This document shows, one piece after another, positions 37,480 through 41,145 of a stretch of 41,145 nt of DNA. The position numbers and the translations under genes are program-made. The first letter of the stretch is position 1; the number at the start of each line of letters is the position of its first letter. Source of the DNA: Lama guanicoe (lineage: Eukaryota); the NCBI GenBank assembly GCA_013239625.1, contig MU053369.1, forward strand, positions 34,302 to 75,446, written 5' to 3'. The notes under the pieces are model-generated. The model saw nothing but the letters and a program-made list of their open reading frames with translations, had not been told where the DNA came from and ran no database searches.

Positions 37480-38669
37480 TTGGTGAAACAATAAAATGAA
37501 TAGCCATTTTCACAAGACCTCTGAGTAAATCTACTAGGGAACTTCATCCTGGACTGAGGAAGAGGACTGGGGAGGAGGGGGTAATCTGGGGCACAGAGAA
37601 CTAAGGGCCACCTGTCCCACGATGGACTTTAGACTCACCCTCACTTTCCAGGAACTTCAAAATACATACAGAGAGAGTGCTATGGACAAGATTTTTTTTT
37701 TTACCCTAGCAGGTCTTGTTTCTACCGAGACACAAATGGCTTATGTGTATAATGTTTCACAAAAGCCTTAAAATAATATCACCCCAACTTGACATATCAA
37801 GAAACTGAGGTAGAGAAGTTTATCACATTCTACAAGATTAGAGAGAGACCATGTCAGACACCGTATTTAAATCCAAGCCCCTGATCCAGTGCTCACAATA
37901 GAAAGTGTGACATACTGCCCCTATCCTGCCCACTCCCTGCAATAAATCTCTGAAGAGTCTTTTCTTTGCCACCTGGAATCACAAGCACATCAATTTTCCA
38001 CAAAGAGCCATGTCACTCCTTGGAGGACTTGTCAAAATCTAAAGGGTTGTGTTGAGAGGAGAGATTTGCATTTTTAGTTTCTCAAAGGAACCATGGCTTT
38101 AAAAGAAACTGAAAAGCACTTATCTAGTCTAAGCCCTCATTGTGCAGAGAAAGAAACGGAGGCTTAGAAGAGATGAGGAAAGGGCCTTATTAACAAATAT
38201 TGCCTCAGCGCAGCACCAAGCCAGCCCTGGTCACTTCTGGGGGAGGATCTGGGAGTCCAAGGAGAATGAGTGTTATGGAAAGAAAGAGAAGAAGCATAAA
38301 AGGCCCTGTCTCTACACCACCATACCATGAAATTCCACCAAATTATCCAGTATGGGTGCAGCCAATATTAAGGTGGGCTAAACAGGTTATAGAAACCTGG
38401 AATTCTCAACCATAGTGGAAATTCCAACATTTACTGTGCTTGTTTCCCAGTTCAAACATCAACTCAGTGGGCACTCTGTACCAGGGACTACACGAGGCCT
38501 GGAGTTCTCCCAAATACAGATGTCTATTACCACGTGTGCAAACCACATAAAGGCCACCAGAAGAAAAGTGCCCACAGATAAGATGGAATTACTGAAACTG
38601 AAAGCAGCCAACCAGCATATATTACTAGGAAAAATGGTGCTCCTAGAAATGGACTCATGGACATAGAAA

Positions 38670-38892
38670 GCATACACATTAATAAATATAAAATAAAGGA
38701 GAAAGACCTACTATAAAGCACAGGGAACTATATTCAATTTCTTGTAATGAGTTGTACTAAAAATAATCTAAAATATATGTATATACATGTGAATATGTTT
38801 ATAACTGAATCTCTGCTGTACACCTGAAACTAACATTCTAAATTGACTACACTTCAATAAAAAATAATTTTAAAAAATAAATAAAAATAAAA
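38670..38892 (+). mobile_element. Artiodactyl-type L1 3' end
   Basis: gacctactataaagcacagggaactatattcaa...tgctgtacacctgaaactaac...cttcaataaaaa + A-rich tail; aaagca on both flanks. Confidence 0.85.
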
Positions 38893-39164
38893 GCAACGCC
38901 ATTAAGAAAAAATAAAAGAACACTCTAATCCCCTTAGCTGTAGGTGGTGGAGAATTCTGGTTGCAAGCACCAAGTCCACTGGATCACTCCAGCACTGGCT
39001 GTCACTCTTTCTGACCATCAGAGAATCACTTGGCTTCACTGAGGTTAATTTTCTTTTCTGTGAAAGGCTACAGTTGCAACTAATGATGTATAGAATCTCA
39101 TCATTAACAAGCCCAACAAATAGTGAGGACTTCCCATGGGCCAGGTTCTGGACAGATGAGAAGT

Positions 39165-39520
39165 TAGGGTCCCACTTATATTCATGGGTAGAAGAAGTTT
39201 ATGCCATAAAGACATTAATTCTTCCTGTTTTGATAGACAGATTCATTGCAATTCTGATTAGAATTCCTACCAGATTTTTCATGGAATGTAACAAGTTAAT
39301 TTATGGTCAGGAATAGCCAAGAAACTTCTTTAGAACCACCACTGGGGAGAGGTGGATAGGTCATTCATTTCCACTGTTCTTTCTGATGTGATAAAAACGT
39401 TCTGGAATAATAATGGTTGCACAACTGTGAATATGCTAAAAGCTGCTGAATTGTAACATTTAAATGGCTGGACTTCATGGTGTGTGAACAATATCACTAT
39501 AAAGCGGTTATATGAAAAAA
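39165..39520 (+). mobile_element. Old L1M fragments (ORF2 piece and 3' end)
   Basis: attcatgggtagaaga...agattcattgcaattctgattagaattcc; ggttgcacaactgtgaatatgctaaaa. Confidence 0.7.
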
Positions 39521-39907
39521 TATTTCTTGACAATTATTTTTCCCTTTATACCACTTGTCTGCCCCACAATTTAAGAAAAACAGAAAACCAAAACAGGCCA
39601 AACTGTGCCAGGAGCTCTTTAGGACTGCAATGTCCCTGGATGTCCAAGGCCTCAGGTGGTGCTGTTCCTGTTAACACACACTAGCTGGGCTGGGCTAGTT
39701 AGGGACTGTAACTATCTTTTTAAAATCGACGGTCACACGTTTCACCCTGGGAGAGGGAAGGAAGGAGGATGTCACAGCCTCATACCTTCAGTTCATTTTT
39801 AAGTGAACCAAGCCTTGCTTTCAACACTGTAAACCCTCGCAATATAAAAACACGTGACATCAACAAGCACCGCCATCATAACACCTGAAAGTGTTCAAGG
39901 TACTTAC

Positions 39908-39995
39908 CTGGGGCAGAAACACTGAGGAAAGAGACATAAGCTCCCTCAGCACTGATGCTCCCTTTTCCCGACTCCACCAGGAGAAGCTGGACATC
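39908..39995 (-). other. Candidate non-coding first exon (3' part); 5' end uncertain
   Basis: Consensus donor CAG|GTAAGT at 39908/39907 just downstream of the CpG island. Confidence 0.55.
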
Positions 39996-40700
39996 ACAGC
40001 CTGAGGCTCTCAGCCCAGGGCGCATCGCCCACGCCGCCAAGCTGGTCCTCAGGGAGCGAGAAAGGGAGAGGAGTGCAGCCCCGGGGTAGCGGGGCAGGGA
40101 AAGCGGGGGGGGCCGTGGAAACGCGAGCTGCAGCCCCGCTTAGAGGCCAGCCCCAGCCCCAGCTGCCTCGTCCAGGTCCGCAGACCCCGCCCGCCCGGGA
40201 CACAGCCCTCCCAGAGGTGGGGACGGGCGGTCAGGCGGCCGAGGAAAGGAAGCCCGGGAGAGGACTCGAGGGCTGGAGAGGGGGAGGGGACGCCAGCCGC
40301 GGACTGAGGGGAGCCCGGCTGGGTGAGAGTTGGCAGGTGTACACCTGGCCCTGGGCAGCTGTGGCCGGGGCGTCGGTGCAGGTGGCGAGGGCAGAGGGGT
40401 CTGGCCAGAGCAATTCAGCTGAACACAGGCTGACTGGCGCCCTGGGGGTCTGTGACAGGCGGACCGCCCTCCGGCAGCCGCCTGAACCCTTTCTTGAGAT
40501 CCCCCCAACTTGCACTTCCACAGCCAGAGGCCCCGGCCCCAGGCAGGAGCCAAAGACCTACCGGGCGACAGAGCTGAGAAGCCTTTGGGCTGATCCCTGG
40601 CTCGAAGATGGAGCTTCCAACCAGCTGACCAGCTGGCACCGACTGCGCATGCGCAAGAGGGCCAGCGATCCTCTGGGTTCTGTGAGAGAAGGTGGGGCAG
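39990..40700. promoter_or_regulatory. CpG-island promoter, probably driving the minus-strand locus
   Basis: GC- and CpG-rich; GC boxes (ccccgcccgccc near 40185-40196); NRF1 palindrome; about 4 kb upstream of the exon 2 remnant. Confidence 0.75.
40644..40655. promoter_or_regulatory. NRF1 binding site
   Basis: Perfect TGCGCATGCGCA palindrome in the CpG island. Confidence 0.7.
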
Positions 40701-41145
40701 TGAGGGAGGGAGAAGATGGGAGCGGTTGGAGAGGAGGGGAAAAGTGGAGGGAGACAGATGGGCAGGAGGAGCAGAGAGAAGGGAGGGATCTGGAGAAGGG
40801 AAGGTCGTAGCAGAGATGGAGAGAAAAAGCTTTACCTCTGGGGCACCCCGAAGGAGGCGGCAGACCTGCCTCTGTACCCTTCTGTAACCCTTCAAGGCCC
40901 GCAGCTCAAGTTTTACCTCCCTGATCCAGCCCTCCATCCGATGCTTCTGCCCAACCCCTACGTATCACACCCGTTGCCCCCACAAGGAGTTGGGTTTTCT
41001 GTTGCTCTGGGAACCAAGCACCCGCAGGTGTTGTCGCTCAGAACTACCTTTGGAAGAGTACATATTCCCCTTTTACACGCCTGGAAACAGGCAGGCACGA
41101 TCTCAGCCTTAGCTCCGCTGTCCCAGGTGTTGGGCTGGCAGGGAG

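Noticed and set aside
40073..40937. 245-aa and 265-aa ORFs
   Set aside because: Stop-poor GC-rich island; low complexity; no recognisable protein
1..41145. CRISPR arrays, prokaryotic operons, miRNA or snoRNA genes
   Set aside because: Mammalian DNA; no repeat-spacer array or convincing small-RNA structure seen by eye

Overview
Mammalian genomic DNA, most likely camelid (three Vic-1-like tRNA-derived SINEs, camelid/artiodactyl-type L1 tails), with three assembly gaps. No intact protein-coding gene is visible. The main signal is a decayed, intron-containing (unprocessed) duplicate of TRAPPC9/NIBP on the minus strand. Recognisable remnants of TRAPPC9 exons 2, 3, the 27-nt micro-exon 5 and exon 7, plus a weaker exon 4, lie in the correct order over about 31 kb (35933 to 4947), downstream of a CpG island at about 40.0-40.7 kb. 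Exons 2, 3 and 7 are frameshifted, yet all four clear exons keep AG/GT boundaries. Several extra non-TRAPPC9 exon candidates, including an exonised L2, and candidate alternative promoters suggest the locus may persist as a spliced pseudogene-derived lncRNA. The rest is repeats: an ERV1 3' end plus LTR, a solo LTR, L1, L2, MIR, MER33-like and SINE elements. TRAPPC9 comparisons and exon numbering are from memory of the human gene, and repeat boundaries are approximate.
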